NCBI GenBank assembly: GCA_034661055.1
Contig: JAYEKO010000078.1
Coordinates: 1-30,967, forward strand
Direction of reading: 5' to 3'
Source of the DNA: Campylobacterota bacterium
GTDB taxonomy: Bacteria; Campylobacterota; Campylobacteria; Campylobacterales; Sulfurimonadaceae
DNA length: 30,967 bases
Position 1 is the first letter of the stretch. Each line of letters begins with the position of its first letter. Positions 11,779 to 21,664 of the stretch are shown here, one piece after another. Under the pieces are notes generated by a model. The model was not told where the DNA came from. It worked only from the letters and a program-made list of their open reading frames with translations, and ran no database searches. The position numbers and the translations under genes are program-made.

Positions 11779-11985
11779 ATGAATGAGAATAGAAGTATAT
11801 TCGCACTCGATGGAATCACTGGCATGCTTATTGCAACAGTGTTACTGCTAAGTATCCTTGCTGGTCTTACAGTTTGGGGTATTGCAGTACAACAGGGTAG
11901 CGCAGATAAGTATTATTATCTGGAAAACGCTCAAGACATTAAGATGAAAAGCGTAGAAAACGTTAATCATCTTAAGTGGAAGTAA
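11779..11985 (+). CDS. DUF4006-family small membrane protein (cbb3 oxidase accessory)
   Basis: RSIFALDGITGMLIATVLLLSIL; directly after ccoP as in Campylobacter/Helicobacter; AAGGAG RBS. Confidence 0.8.
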   Translation: MNENRSIFALDGITGMLIATVLLLSILAGLTVWGIAVQQGSADKYYYLENAQDIKMKSVENVNHLKWK

Positions 11986-11996
11986 GGAGATACGTA

Positions 11997-12089
11997 ATGG
12001 ATAAAATTATTACATGGACAACTGTTCTTGCAGGTGTTATCATTACTTTATGGTCAGTATTAACTCCTAATCACTTATTTATTGGTTAA
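11997..12089 (+). CDS. 30-aa single-TM small protein in the cco cluster (not in ORF track)
   Basis: MDKIITWTTVLAGVIITLWSVLTPNHLFIG*; AAGGAG RBS at 11984-11989; fills the gap between neighbouring genes. Confidence 0.75.
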   Translation: MDKIITWTTVLAGVIITLWSVLTPNHLFIG

Positions 12090-12099
12090 GGGTCACTAT

Positions 12100-12792
12100 T
12101 TGACGCTTTCAAGAGGGCTCGCGGCCCTCATCCTCACAACACTTTTTTTTTCAACTCTTGAAGCTAAATATTTACATAAAGATGACGTAGTAGTAAATTC
12201 TGATTGGGCTTATAAAATTGAGTCTATTGGCGAAGAACTCTATGAGACAACAGGTGTTAGCCTTTATTTAATAATGAACAGAGAGTTAGAGAACAATCAA
12301 TCTATTATTGATTATGAAAAAGAGGTAATAAGTAAATTAGACGAACCTGCTGTCTTAGTGACCTTCATTGAGATTGATCAGAAAATTGATATTTTTGCAC
12401 GACCGGCATCATTATATGAAGATTTTAATAAAAAGCAAGTCTTAAGTCCTAATGCAGGAATTTCAGGTGCAATTGTATCTGCTTTAATGTTTGCACGAAG
12501 TTACGATGAGTTTAAGGAGTTCTTAACCACTAGTGGAGGAACAATTTTACCTATTTTAGCAAATAAGGCTAAAGCAAAAGATTTAACATCTAAATATTCT
12601 GTTGCAATGTTTAACGGTTATTCTGATGTTGCTGAACAGATTGCACTCTCTAATGGTGTAGAACTTAAATCTGCAGCAGGTAATGCAAACAAAGATACTC
12701 TTTTATTTTTTAAATTGATTTTCTACGGTATTCTTCTTTATGGAATTATCAGATACATAATTATAAAAGTTAAAAAGAAGAGAGAATCATGA
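12100..12792 (+). CDS. TPM-domain-like exported/membrane protein
   Basis: Signal peptide, IGEELYETTGVSLYL, C-terminal TM. Start placed at TTG 12100 (AAGGG RBS) because the track start at 12082 overlaps the 30-aa ORF. Confidence 0.65.
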   Translation: MTLSRGLAALILTTLFFSTLEAKYLHKDDVVVNSDWAYKIESIGEELYETTGVSLYLIMNRELENNQSIIDYEKEVISKLDEPAVLVTFIEIDQKIDIFARPASLYEDFNKKQVLSPNAGISGAIVSALMFARSYDEFKEFLTTSGGTILPILANKAKAKDLTSKYSVAMFNGYSDVAEQIALSNGVELKSAAGNANKDTLLFFKLIFYGILLYGIIRYIIIKVKKKRES

Positions 12793-13298
12793 GTAAAAAA
12801 GATAAAGCGCTTATTTGGCCCTACTCCATAGGGGCATCTATAGTGTTGGTATTTGGATTTTGTGTAGCAACTATTATTGTCTCATTTGAGCGTCCCGTTG
12901 AACCAAGTGACGAGTATATGAGAGGTTATCATGATACTGATGCAAATATTAATGAGATTATTGCTAAAGAGATAGCATTTAATAAGCGTTATACAATTGA
13001 GTATGTCAGTCAACAGATAAATATGAAAAACTATAGTGTTGAGTATAAAATTAATGACGTAAGTGGTAATCCTGTGGACAATGCAGAAGTCATAGCTGTG
13101 GTAACACGACCAAATAACCATAAACATGATGTGCAGCTGACTGATCCACTGATAGAGAATGGAATCTACACATTTAAAAGCATGACACTTCCTGAGCCAG
13201 GCAGATGGAATATTATGGTGCATGTAAAAGTTGATGGTTATGAGCGTTATTATAATTTAAAAGCTGATACTAGGTATGAAAGTACCTTTGAGTATTAA
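12789..13298 (+). CDS. ccoH: FixH/CcoH-family cbb3 oxidase assembly protein
   Basis: N-terminal WPY.I plus TM; VTRP; C-terminal beta-rich NGIY...LPEPGRWNI; located in the cco cluster. Confidence 0.75.
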   Translation: MSKKDKALIWPYSIGASIVLVFGFCVATIIVSFERPVEPSDEYMRGYHDTDANINEIIAKEIAFNKRYTIEYVSQQINMKNYSVEYKINDVSGNPVDNAEVIAVVTRPNNHKHDVQLTDPLIENGIYTFKSMTLPEPGRWNIMVHVKVDGYERYYNLKADTRYESTFEY

Positions 13299-13300
13299 AG

Positions 13301-15640
13301 ATGAGCTCTCATAAAGAGACCATTATACTACCAAGTTCACGGGCAATCCGTGAACAAAACTTTTCACTAAAGTCTAAAAACCAACTACTCCCATCTTTTA
13401 TAGCCATCTCCGAATTTATGCAACGTAGTACTATTGTAAACAATAGAGTTAATATTGATGAAGATAATAGAGTTATGCTACTTTTAGAAGCGGCAGATTT
13501 TAAAAACTTTTCACAATTAAATATTGAGAGAAATTTTTTTACTTTTACCTCCAACAGTAGTTATATTTTTCGTTTTTTTGAAGAGTTAAGTGCTGAAATG
13601 GTCAGCATAGAGACTTTAGAGTTAGCAGACAGTTATGCTGAGTATGAAGAGCATATTGAAATTTTAACAGAACTACATAAACGCTATAAAAAAGTGTGCG
13701 ATGATAATGCCGTATATGATAGAATCTTTTTACAAGAGTCATATATATTGAACGAAGAGTACATTAGAAGTCTTGGTAAAATTATTTTACATGTAGAAGG
13801 TTATTTAACAAATTTTGAGCTAAATATTTTACAAGAGTGTAGCCAATTAATTGAGGTCGAACTCATTTATGAAGCGAGTCAGTTTAATGAAAAATTGAGC
13901 TCAAAGTTTTTAGAGTTAGGGCTAGAACTTAAAATCGGATATGAGTATCGTATTGATTTTAAAAGAGTTCAAATTTTGTCACAAGGGAGTGTTAATAGAG
14001 TCTTTAATGTTACAACACAGTCATTTGGACAGCGACTGCTTCAAGTTGCCTATGTAAAACATAGAATTTACAAATATATTAATGCAGGGATAGAGCCTCA
14101 AAAGATTGTAGTGGTCACCCCTGATGAGAACTTCACCGACATGCTACGTGACTTTGACGATGAGGGCTATTTTAACTTTGCTAAAGGAGATGCTCTTAAT
14201 AGCTCTAAGTTCTATAGAGCACTTAAGGCTTATTATGACTATTTAGATAATAGTACTGTTGAGAATCTTAGTCGAATTAATAAGCTCTCGTTAGATAGCC
14301 AACTAAAAAGTAGTTTCAAGCGTAACATAAGTGAAATTAGTTTTGAAGATCTAATGACACCATTTTTAAACTATGAAGATAATAGTCGAATAAAAAAAAT
14401 AATTAGTGAAGAACTTTATAGTTTTAAAAATGTACTAAAGCAGTTGAGTGGTGCAACATTAAAATCAGCACTTCATCTTTTTTTAAAGCGAGTTGCATCT
14501 TGCTCAATTGATGATGTAGGTGGTGGCAAGATTACCGTTATGGGTTTATTAGAGACACGTATGGCCTCTTTTGATGGAGTTATTATTGTGGACTTTAATG
14601 AAGGTTTTGTGCCACGAAAAAGTGAAAAAGATCTCTTTTTAAACTCAAAGGTACGAGAGCGTTCCAATTTACCAACACTGCATGATAGAGAGTCTTTACA
14701 GAAACTTTACTACCATAACCTAATTAGTAGAGCTAAAGAGGTTTCAATCTCTTATGTAGAAGGAGTACATAGTTTGCCGTCACGTTTTTTAAAAGAGATG
14801 GATATTACTACTGTAACAAAGACCAATGATGAAGAGTACTCTAAAATCCTCTTTGAGCCAAAAAGTTTACATGTAAATCCAGATAAAGAGATTGAACTCA
14901 CATATGACTTTAAAAGTGAGCCACTCTCTGCTTCAAAACTCAAAATTTTTCTTACATGTAAACGGGCTTTTTACTACAAGTACATTGTAAAACTTAAGGG
15001 TCACGAGATTAAAAAAGATCTACCAAGTGAACATGAGATTGGAAATATTTTACATACTGTTCTTAAAGAGGTCTATTCGCTGCAAAACTCTTATAGTGAT
15101 TCGGATAATTTACGAAGTTCAATAGAGAGCGTATTTCAGAAGAAAATATTGGATAATGTCCTGCATGAATATCAATTAAAGCTCTGGCTAAAACGCCTAG
15201 AGCCTTTTATTGAAAATGAGATTAAAAGATTTTCTGAGGGCATTAAAGTTTTACATTGTGAAAAGCAGTTTGTTAAAGAGTATCGAGGCATAACTCTTAA
15301 TGGGGTTATTGATAGGGTAGATGAAAATGGTGAGTGTAGAGAAATTTTAGACTACAAAAGTGGTTCTTACAAACTATATAGTAAAAATGCCATAGAAAAA
15401 GCGGTAGATTTTCAGCTAGAGTTTTACTACCTCTTGCTTGGTCTAGGAGAAAAGAGTGTCGCATTTTATGACTTAAAAGAGTGTAAAATAGTAGAAGAAA
15501 ACTTTTTAAATGAAAAACTTGAACGTCTTGATGAGATTTTAAAAGAGTTGAGTCAAACAACATATTTTAGTTTTGAAATGACTGAAGATTTTTCAGTATG
15601 CAACTATTGTGATTATATTCATCTTTGTAAGAGAGGTTAG
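13301..15640 (+). CDS. addB: AddB-like helicase-nuclease subunit with PD-(D/E)XK nuclease and Fe-S staple cysteines
   Basis: LPSSRAIR, VMGLLETR, LSASKLKIFLTCKR, GVIDRVD..ILDYKSG, C-terminal CNYCDYIHLC. Confidence 0.88.
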   Translation: MSSHKETIILPSSRAIREQNFSLKSKNQLLPSFIAISEFMQRSTIVNNRVNIDEDNRVMLLLEAADFKNFSQLNIERNFFTFTSNSSYIFRFFEELSAEMVSIETLELADSYAEYEEHIEILTELHKRYKKVCDDNAVYDRIFLQESYILNEEYIRSLGKIILHVEGYLTNFELNILQECSQLIEVELIYEASQFNEKLSSKFLELGLELKIGYEYRIDFKRVQILSQGSVNRVFNVTTQSFGQRLLQVAYVKHRIYKYINAGIEPQKIVVVTPDENFTDMLRDFDDEGYFNFAKGDALNSSKFYRALKAYYDYLDNSTVENLSRINKLSLDSQLKSSFKRNISEISFEDLMTPFLNYEDNSRIKKIISEELYSFKNVLKQLSGATLKSALHLFLKRVASCSIDDVGGGKITVMGLLETRMASFDGVIIVDFNEGFVPRKSEKDLFLNSKVRERSNLPTLHDRESLQKLYYHNLISRAKEVSISYVEGVHSLPSRFLKEMDITTVTKTNDEEYSKILFEPKSLHVNPDKEIELTYDFKSEPLSASKLKIFLTCKRAFYYKYIVKLKGHEIKKDLPSEHEIGNILHTVLKEVYSLQNSYSDSDNLRSSIESVFQKKILDNVLHEYQLKLWLKRLEPFIENEIKRFSEGIKVLHCEKQFVKEYRGITLNGVIDRVDENGECREILDYKSGSYKLYSKNAIEKAVDFQLEFYYLLLGLGEKSVAFYDLKECKIVEENFLNEKLERLDEILKELSQTTYFSFEMTEDFSVCNYCDYIHLCKRG
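13786..13797. repeat. Palindrome variant TTTACATGTAGA (11/12)
   Basis: In addB, encodes LHVE. Confidence 0.75.
14866..14877. repeat. TTTACATGTAAA palindrome, exact copy
   Basis: In addB, encodes LHVN. Confidence 0.9.
14951..14962. repeat. Palindrome variant CTTACATGTAAA (11/12)
   Basis: In addB, alternative frame, encodes LTCK. Confidence 0.75.
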
Positions 15641-15642
15641 CA

Positions 15643-18384
15643 GTGAGTTTTGAGCCTTTTTTAGCTTATGAAGCGAGTGCTGGAAGTGGCAAGACATTTA
15701 TGCTTGTCGTAAGGTACCTGAGTCTACTTTTTATGGGAAAAGATCCATCTAAAATCTTAGCACTGACATTTACAAACAAAGCAGCCAATGAGATGCTTGA
15801 GCGAATAATTAACACCTTAGAGACTTTGCACCACAAAAGAGAGGGTGAGTTAAAAGAGATTAGTGCTGTTATTGGTAAAAGTCCTGATGAAATTTTGCAA
15901 CTTCGAGACGAGGTCTTAAAACGTTTTTTACATAGCGATACTAAAGTGATGACAATCGATAAATTCTTGGCCGCTGTTTTGCGTAAATTTTCACTTCATG
16001 CGGGCATTATGCCGACATTTTCTACTCATGAGTCGCAACATGAGATTAAAATTTTAATTCGATTTTTAAATGAACTTTTTGTGTCAGTTAAAGAGGACTC
16101 GTTAATTAATCTTACTCTGATTAATCATGCTAAACTCAGTGATACCATAGGACTTTTAAATCAACTTTACATGCTTAAAAGCAGACTTGATACATCGCAA
16201 TACGCGCCACAGACCTATTTACATGTAAAAGATGAGATATTGGCTGAAGTCAATAGACTAAAAGTGTTGGTACATACACATAATGATGCATCAAAAACTG
16301 CCAAAAATAGTGTCGATGTCAATAGTTTTGAAGCATTTTTAAAAAAGACCTGGTACACTAAAGAGAGCTTAAACTATTCAACTTATAAAAAATGTTTTGT
16401 GCCACAAATGGATGAACTGCTACTAAGCATACAGGCAAAGCTAAAGCAGTATTTTTATCTTAAAGAGCAGAACTATTTTTACGAGCTTTTTTCACTAGTA
16501 GATATTTATGAAAAAGGTAAGCTTTCTGTTGCCAAAGAAGATAGTGAACTCGGTTTTGATGATGTTACAGCACTAGTCCATAAGATGTTTTCAGATGAGA
16601 GTCTTTCTCGTGATTTTCTCTACTTTAGACTTGATGCTGAGATTGATCATCTACTGTTAGATGAATTTCAAGATACTAGTATAGTACAGTTTGAAATTCT
16701 TGCTCCCATCATTAATGAGATCTGTTCAGGTGTTGGTGTCAATGATGAGAAATCCCTCTTTTTTGTAGGCGATGTTAAGCAATCAATTTACCGTTTTAGA
16801 GGCGGAACCAAGGAACTTTTTTATGAAGTAGCATCACGTTATAATGTAAACGTAGCAGTACTTGGTACGAACTATAGAAGTTCAAAGTCAGTAGTTGAGT
16901 TTGTAAATAGTATCTTTATAGATAAAATAGATGCTTACAAGCCACAACAGATTAAAAAATATGCTAATGAGGGTGCTGTATCGGTTATTGAAAATGATGA
17001 ACTTTTAGAAGCAGCAGTTTTACATGTAAACCATCTACTTAGCCTAGGAGTAGATAGCAATGCTATTGCAATCTTATGTGCAACAAATGCAGATGGTGTT
17101 AAAATTGAAGAGGCTTTAAACGTACAAAACATTGATGTCGTGACCGAGACTACCTCAAAGCTCATTAACCAACAAGCCATACAAGCACTTATTGAGTATT
17201 TAAAATATATCTATTTTAAAGAGGAGATTTATGCGCGTAACTTCTTCTCACTAATTAATACTAAACCAGAGCCAATTGCTTATGTTGACTGTAAACAGCT
17301 AAATTTAGGAGCACATATAAAAAGTGTCATAGAAAAATATGAGCTTTTTAATGGTGATTTAAATAACATCAGTTTTCTTGAAACACTTTATAACTATAGT
17401 GATATTGAAGCCCTTATTTATGAATATGAGCGTATTGATACCACTTCTGTTCGGGCAGAGGAGATGGGTGTTAAAGTGCTGACAGTACATAAATCTAAAG
17501 GTTTAGAGTTCGATCATGTTATTGTTCTGGATCGATTTGGAGCTAAAAATTCTAATAGCGGCAGATTGATTTTTGAGTATGACGGTGTACATTTGCAAAA
17601 TGTATTCTTGCGTCAAAAAGGACGGGACAGCTTAGATGAAGCGTATAAAAATGCATTGGATAAAGATGCAAAGTTAGGCTTAGAAGACCGATTTAATGCT
17701 CTATATGTAGCTTTTACAAGAGCTAGAGAGAGTCTATTGGTTATTAAAAAGAGCAAAAGTTCACAGTTTGATATTTTAGACCTTGAAGTGATGAGCAGTG
17801 GAAATTTTCACCATAAAGAGGAAGAGGTGCAGACAAACAACGCCTCAAAAGAGAAGGCTGTGGTTGTGAATGATATCGCATACACCCCACTAAATTTAGG
17901 TCGCCAAGAAGAGTTGCTCAGAGGCGAGGAAGAGGATGAACAAAACCTGCACGCAATTGATTTTGGTTTAGCCTTGCACTACACATTGGAGATGGTAAAT
18001 CTGCATAATAGCAGTACTTTGGATGCGACTATGAACAGCGTCAAAAATAGATTTGGAGCACGTTTAGAGCATGAGGATTTTGATGCAATAAAACAGCGTG
18101 TCTTAAATCTTCTTAGTAACACTGAATTTCAAAGAGCTATTGTAGGTGAGTGTCATAAAGAACAACCCATAGCCTATAATGGTGAACTGCGTTATTTAGA
18201 TTTAATGGTCAATAGAGAAGATGAGGCGATTGTCATAGACTATAAGAGTTCACAACTCTTTTTAGAGAAGCATCTTCAGCAGATATCTTTTTATAAAAAA
18301 GCCCTCAAATCTATTTTAAATAAGCCAGTAACTTCTTATCTAATTTATCTGCTTGAAGAAGAAACTAAAATAGTTGAAGTTTAA
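15643..18384 (+). CDS. addA: AddA/RecB-like UvrD helicase-nuclease
   Basis: ASAGSGKT, LTFTNKAA, LDEFQDT, VGDVKQSIYRFRG, NYRS, TVHKSKGLE, LYVAFTRA; C-terminal nuclease YLDL...IDYKS; GTG start. Confidence 0.92.
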   Translation: MSFEPFLAYEASAGSGKTFMLVVRYLSLLFMGKDPSKILALTFTNKAANEMLERIINTLETLHHKREGELKEISAVIGKSPDEILQLRDEVLKRFLHSDTKVMTIDKFLAAVLRKFSLHAGIMPTFSTHESQHEIKILIRFLNELFVSVKEDSLINLTLINHAKLSDTIGLLNQLYMLKSRLDTSQYAPQTYLHVKDEILAEVNRLKVLVHTHNDASKTAKNSVDVNSFEAFLKKTWYTKESLNYSTYKKCFVPQMDELLLSIQAKLKQYFYLKEQNYFYELFSLVDIYEKGKLSVAKEDSELGFDDVTALVHKMFSDESLSRDFLYFRLDAEIDHLLLDEFQDTSIVQFEILAPIINEICSGVGVNDEKSLFFVGDVKQSIYRFRGGTKELFYEVASRYNVNVAVLGTNYRSSKSVVEFVNSIFIDKIDAYKPQQIKKYANEGAVSVIENDELLEAAVLHVNHLLSLGVDSNAIAILCATNADGVKIEEALNVQNIDVVTETTSKLINQQAIQALIEYLKYIYFKEEIYARNFFSLINTKPEPIAYVDCKQLNLGAHIKSVIEKYELFNGDLNNISFLETLYNYSDIEALIYEYERIDTTSVRAEEMGVKVLTVHKSKGLEFDHVIVLDRFGAKNSNSGRLIFEYDGVHLQNVFLRQKGRDSLDEAYKNALDKDAKLGLEDRFNALYVAFTRARESLLVIKKSKSSQFDILDLEVMSSGNFHHKEEEVQTNNASKEKAVVVNDIAYTPLNLGRQEELLRGEEEDEQNLHAIDFGLALHYTLEMVNLHNSSTLDATMNSVKNRFGARLEHEDFDAIKQRVLNLLSNTEFQRAIVGECHKEQPIAYNGELRYLDLMVNREDEAIVIDYKSSQLFLEKHLQQISFYKKALKSILNKPVTSYLIYLLEEETKIVEV
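16218..16229. repeat. TTTACATGTAAA palindrome, exact copy
   Basis: In addA, encodes LHVK. Confidence 0.9.
17019..17030. repeat. TTTACATGTAAA palindrome, exact copy
   Basis: In addA, encodes LHVN. Confidence 0.9.
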
Positions 18385-18429
18385 TTCTTAAAAAAACCTA
18401 AATTTAAGTGAGTTATAAGCTTATGAAAG

Positions 18430-18441
18430 TATAATTTCGCC
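18430..18441 (+). promoter_or_regulatory. rplM-rpsI promoter: -10 TATAAT followed by a GC-rich discriminator
   Basis: TATAATTTCGCC; AAAGGA RBS before ATG 18471. Confidence 0.6.
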
Positions 18442-18470
18442 ACTAAACAAGACTTGAAAGGAATTTTGGA

Positions 18471-18893
18471 ATGAAATTTACAAAAATTGCAACTCCAGAG
18501 ATGATTGAGCAGAATTGGATTCTTATTGATGCAGAAGGTAAAACTTTTGGTCGTATGATGACAGAGATTGCTACACATCTACGTGGTAAAAACAAACCAT
18601 ATTTTACACCAAATGTTGATTGTGGCGACTATGTTGTTGTTATCAACGCATCAAAAGCAGCTTTTAAAGGTGCTGGAAAAATAGCTGACAAAGAGTACTT
18701 CTCACACTCAGGTTACTTCGGTAGTACTAAAAGTGTTAAGATGTCTGAGCTTTTAGAGAAAAACCCTGAGAAGTTATTTAAACTATCTGCTCGCGGTATG
18801 CTACCTAAAACTAAATTAGGTGCTAAGCAGCTTAAAAAATTAAAAATTTATGCAGGTGCTGAGCATCCTCACACTGCACAAATTAGCAAGTAA
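18471..18893 (+). CDS. rplM: 50S ribosomal protein L13
   Basis: [36 protein letters not shown]. Confidence 0.99.
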   Translation: MKFTKIATPEMIEQNWILIDAEGKTFGRMMTEIATHLRGKNKPYFTPNVDCGDYVVVINASKAAFKGAGKIADKEYFSHSGYFGSTKSVKMSELLEKNPEKLFKLSARGMLPKTKLGAKQLKKLKIYAGAEHPHTAQISK

Positions 18894-18904
18894 GGAACAT
18901 TAAT

Positions 18905-19294
18905 ATGGCAAAAACTTACGCAACAGGACGTCGTAAAGCGTCAATCGCAAAAGTATGGTTAACTCCAGGTAGCGGAAATATCACTATTAATGGTCTTTCA
19001 TTAGACGCATGGTTAGGTGGTCTAGAAGCTAAAAAATTACGTGTTAAACAACCTTTAGCACTTACAAAACAGAATGAAAGCGTTGATATCGTTGCTACTA
19101 CTTTAGGTGGTGGTTTTGGTGGTCAAGCTGACGCACTTCGTCATGGTATCTCTCGTGCTTTAGTTAAGTATGATGAGTCATTCCGTGCAATCTTAAAACC
19201 TGAAGGTATGATGACTCGTGATTCACGTGTTGTTGAACGTAAGAAACCAGGTAAGCGTAAAGCACGTCGTTCTCCTCAGTTCTCTAAACGTTAA
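18905..19294 (+). CDS. rpsI: 30S ribosomal protein S9
   Basis: [34 protein letters not shown]. Confidence 0.99.
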   Translation: MAKTYATGRRKASIAKVWLTPGSGNITINGLSLDAWLGGLEAKKLRVKQPLALTKQNESVDIVATTLGGGFGGQADALRHGISRALVKYDESFRAILKPEGMMTRDSRVVERKKPGKRKARRSPQFSKR

Positions 19295-19304
19295 TCGTTA
19301 CACT

Positions 19305-19339
19305 TTTTCAGTACCTTCAGTGGTACTGAAAACTTTTTT
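19305..19339 (+). terminator. Rho-independent terminator after rpsI
   Basis: TTTTCAGTACC-TTCAGT-GGTACTGAAAA (11-bp stem) followed by CTTTTTT. Confidence 0.85.
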
Positions 19340-19355
19340 AAACCCCTTTAATACA

Positions 19356-19364
19356 TGCTATAAT
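19356..19364 (+). promoter_or_regulatory. Extended -10 promoter (TGCTATAAT), probably giving a leaderless mRNA
   Basis: TGCTATAAT CTTCACC ATG; no Shine-Dalgarno. Confidence 0.7.
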
Positions 19365-19371
19365 CTTCACC

Positions 19372-20883
19372 ATGAAACTTTTACAACACGTTTTTTTTAT
19401 ATGCTTACTTTCAATCAATCTTCTTGCAAGTACGTTACATTTAACAACCTCGAGTAACCCATCTCGAATCAACCCCATACTAGCAACCGATTCAGGTAGT
19501 AGTGAGGTGGCAGGTTTTATTTTTAATGCACTAGTTAAATATGATAAAAATGCTAAAGAGATTGTTGGCGATTTGGCATCCTCATATTATTTTGAAAATA
19601 ATACGACACTAATCTTTAATTTAAGAGAGAATGTTACATGGCATGATGGAGTAGCATTTAGTGCTAAGGATGTACTTTTTACTTATGAACTTATAAACTC
19701 TCCTCAGGTTGTATCGCCTTATACCTCAACATTTAGAGAAGTTCATAGTGTCGAGGTTCTTAGTAAATACAGACTTAAAGTAATCTATAAAAAACCCTAT
19801 TTTAAAGCTTTAGAGACATGGATGATGGGGATTTTACCTGAACACCTTTTAAAAGATGAAGAAAATATCATGAGTAGTGAGTTCAATACTAATCCTATTG
19901 GAACAGGCCCCTACAAGCTTAAAACTTTAGAATTTTCAAAGAATATTGAGCTGAGTGCCAATGATGCTTATTTTGAACATCGCCCCTTTATTGATACAAT
20001 CTCTTTTCATGTTATTAGTGACCCAATGACCCGCTTTTTGATGCTTAAATCATCTCAAATTGATGTTGGGACACTTGAAGCCATGCAATTAGAACGTCAG
20101 CTTGATGCTGATTTTCATAACAGTTTTAACATTATTGAAGATATTTCAAAAAGTTACACCTATTTGGGCTTTAATTTACGAAATGAAAAATTTAAAGATA
20201 CTCGTGTTAGAGAAGCACTCTCTTTAGGTGTTAATCGTCAAGAGTTGGTAGATATCTTATTTCTTGGACATGGACAGGTGTGCCGTGGACCATTTCTTCC
20301 AGGGGGGCCTTCATTCAATGGCGAAGTGCAGGCTCCTGAATTTAACCCCAAAAAAGCTATAGAGCTTTTGAATGAGGCAGGGTACAATAAAAAGAACCCA
20401 TTTAAGTTTGAGATTGCAACATCAAACTCAAGTTCAATTCGTCCCTATGCTGCTCAGATAATTCAACACCAACTCTCAAAAATTGGTGTAGAGGTTACTT
20501 TGAGAATTATGGAGTGGCAAGCATTTTTAAATATGGTAGTGTTTCCTAGAGAGTTTGAAACCGTGCTATTAGGTTGGTCGCTCTCTTTATCACCTGATCC
20601 TTATCTTTTATGGCATTCAAATAATGACAAGCCTGGAGCATTTAATTTTATAGGGTATAAAAATAAAAAAGTTGACAGTTTAATACAGAAGATGCAAAGT
20701 ATTGTTCAACGGGACTCTTTAGCAGAGATTCAGAGAGAAATCTTTGCCCAAATTGTTAAGGACGATCCTTATCTATTTCTCTATATTCCAAATAGTATTA
20801 CGGTCGTTGATAAAAAATTAAAAAATATTGAACCAACTATTAATGGAATTTGGCACAACTATATTGATTGGAAAAAAAAGTGA
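19372..20883 (+). CDS. Peptide/nickel ABC transporter substrate-binding protein (family 5)
   Basis: Signal peptide; FNLRENVTWHDG..FSAKDVLFT; NPIGTGPYKL; DTRVREALS. Confidence 0.92.
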   Translation: MKLLQHVFFICLLSINLLASTLHLTTSSNPSRINPILATDSGSSEVAGFIFNALVKYDKNAKEIVGDLASSYYFENNTTLIFNLRENVTWHDGVAFSAKDVLFTYELINSPQVVSPYTSTFREVHSVEVLSKYRLKVIYKKPYFKALETWMMGILPEHLLKDEENIMSSEFNTNPIGTGPYKLKTLEFSKNIELSANDAYFEHRPFIDTISFHVISDPMTRFLMLKSSQIDVGTLEAMQLERQLDADFHNSFNIIEDISKSYTYLGFNLRNEKFKDTRVREALSLGVNRQELVDILFLGHGQVCRGPFLPGGPSFNGEVQAPEFNPKKAIELLNEAGYNKKNPFKFEIATSNSSSIRPYAAQIIQHQLSKIGVEVTLRIMEWQAFLNMVVFPREFETVLLGWSLSLSPDPYLLWHSNNDKPGAFNFIGYKNKKVDSLIQKMQSIVQRDSLAEIQREIFAQIVKDDPYLFLYIPNSITVVDKKLKNIEPTINGIWHNYIDWKKK

Positions 20884-21512
20884 CTATATTATTTGACTTA
20901 GACGGAACCCTAATTGATTCTACAGAAGCAATTTTAGAGAGTTTTCATAACTCTTTTAAAGTGCATAGGCATACAGCACCGAGCGATGAGAAGATTACTG
21001 CACTCATTGGTCATCCATTAGATGTAATGTATAGAGAGTTGGGTGTTAATGAGAATCAAGTGTGGAATTTTGTAGCAACCTATAAAGAGCATTATCGAAT
21101 AATTTCAAAAGAGAAGACTTTAATGCTAAAAAATGCTGTTGAAGCAGTAGAGTTGGCGAGTGCTCATGCTCGTGTTGGAATTGTGACAACGAAAACAGGA
21201 AAATACTCACGCGTACTCCTAGAGCACTTTGGAATTATGCACCATTTTGAAGTACTTGTAGGGCGCGAAGATGTCCAGAATCCAAAGCCTCATGCAGAAC
21301 CTATAGAAAAAGCAGTAGCGTTTTTTACATGTAATAAAGAGACCTGCTGGATGATTGGAGATACTCGTTTAGATTTAGAATCAGCCCAAAATGCTAAAAT
21401 TAATGCTGTTGGAGTACTTAGCGGTTACGATAATGCACAACAGTTGTTGAAATATTGCGATATTATAAAAAAAGATGCACTCGAAGCGGTACAATTCATC
21501 ATAAAGCAGTGA
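20880..21512 (+). CDS. HAD-superfamily hydrolase (phosphoglycolate phosphatase-like)
   Basis: LFDLDGTLIDS, KPHAEP, MIGDT..D. Likely GTG start at 20880 (GTGA overlap with upstream stop); the track start at 20868 is also possible. Confidence 0.88.
   Translation: MTILFDLDGTLIDSTEAILESFHNSFKVHRHTAPSDEKITALIGHPLDVMYRELGVNENQVWNFVATYKEHYRIISKEKTLMLKNAVEAVELASAHARVGIVTTKTGKYSRVLLEHFGIMHHFEVLVGREDVQNPKPHAEPIEKAVAFFTCNKETCWMIGDTRLDLESAQNAKINAVGVLSGYDNAQQLLKYCDIIKKDALEAVQFIIKQ
21324..21335. repeat. Palindrome variant TTTACATGTAAT (11/12)
   Basis: In the HAD gene, alternative frame, encodes FTCN. Confidence 0.75.
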
Positions 21513-21664
21513 TGAAATAACGCACTTTTTTTACCTTTTTAATATATGCTACTAAGTCAAGCTGAATTTAAGAGCAAGTTTCATAAAATACAAGGACATT
21601 TAGAGTAAAAAAAGATTTATTTTTTTAGTATTCTATAATTAACTTTTAATATGAGGGAGAACTC

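Noticed and set aside
12143..20879. Homopolymer runs (T9 near 12143, A8 at 20872-20879) as phase-variation tracts
   Set aside because: Short A/T runs are expected in an AT-rich genome, reading frames are intact, and no long poly-G/C tracts were seen.
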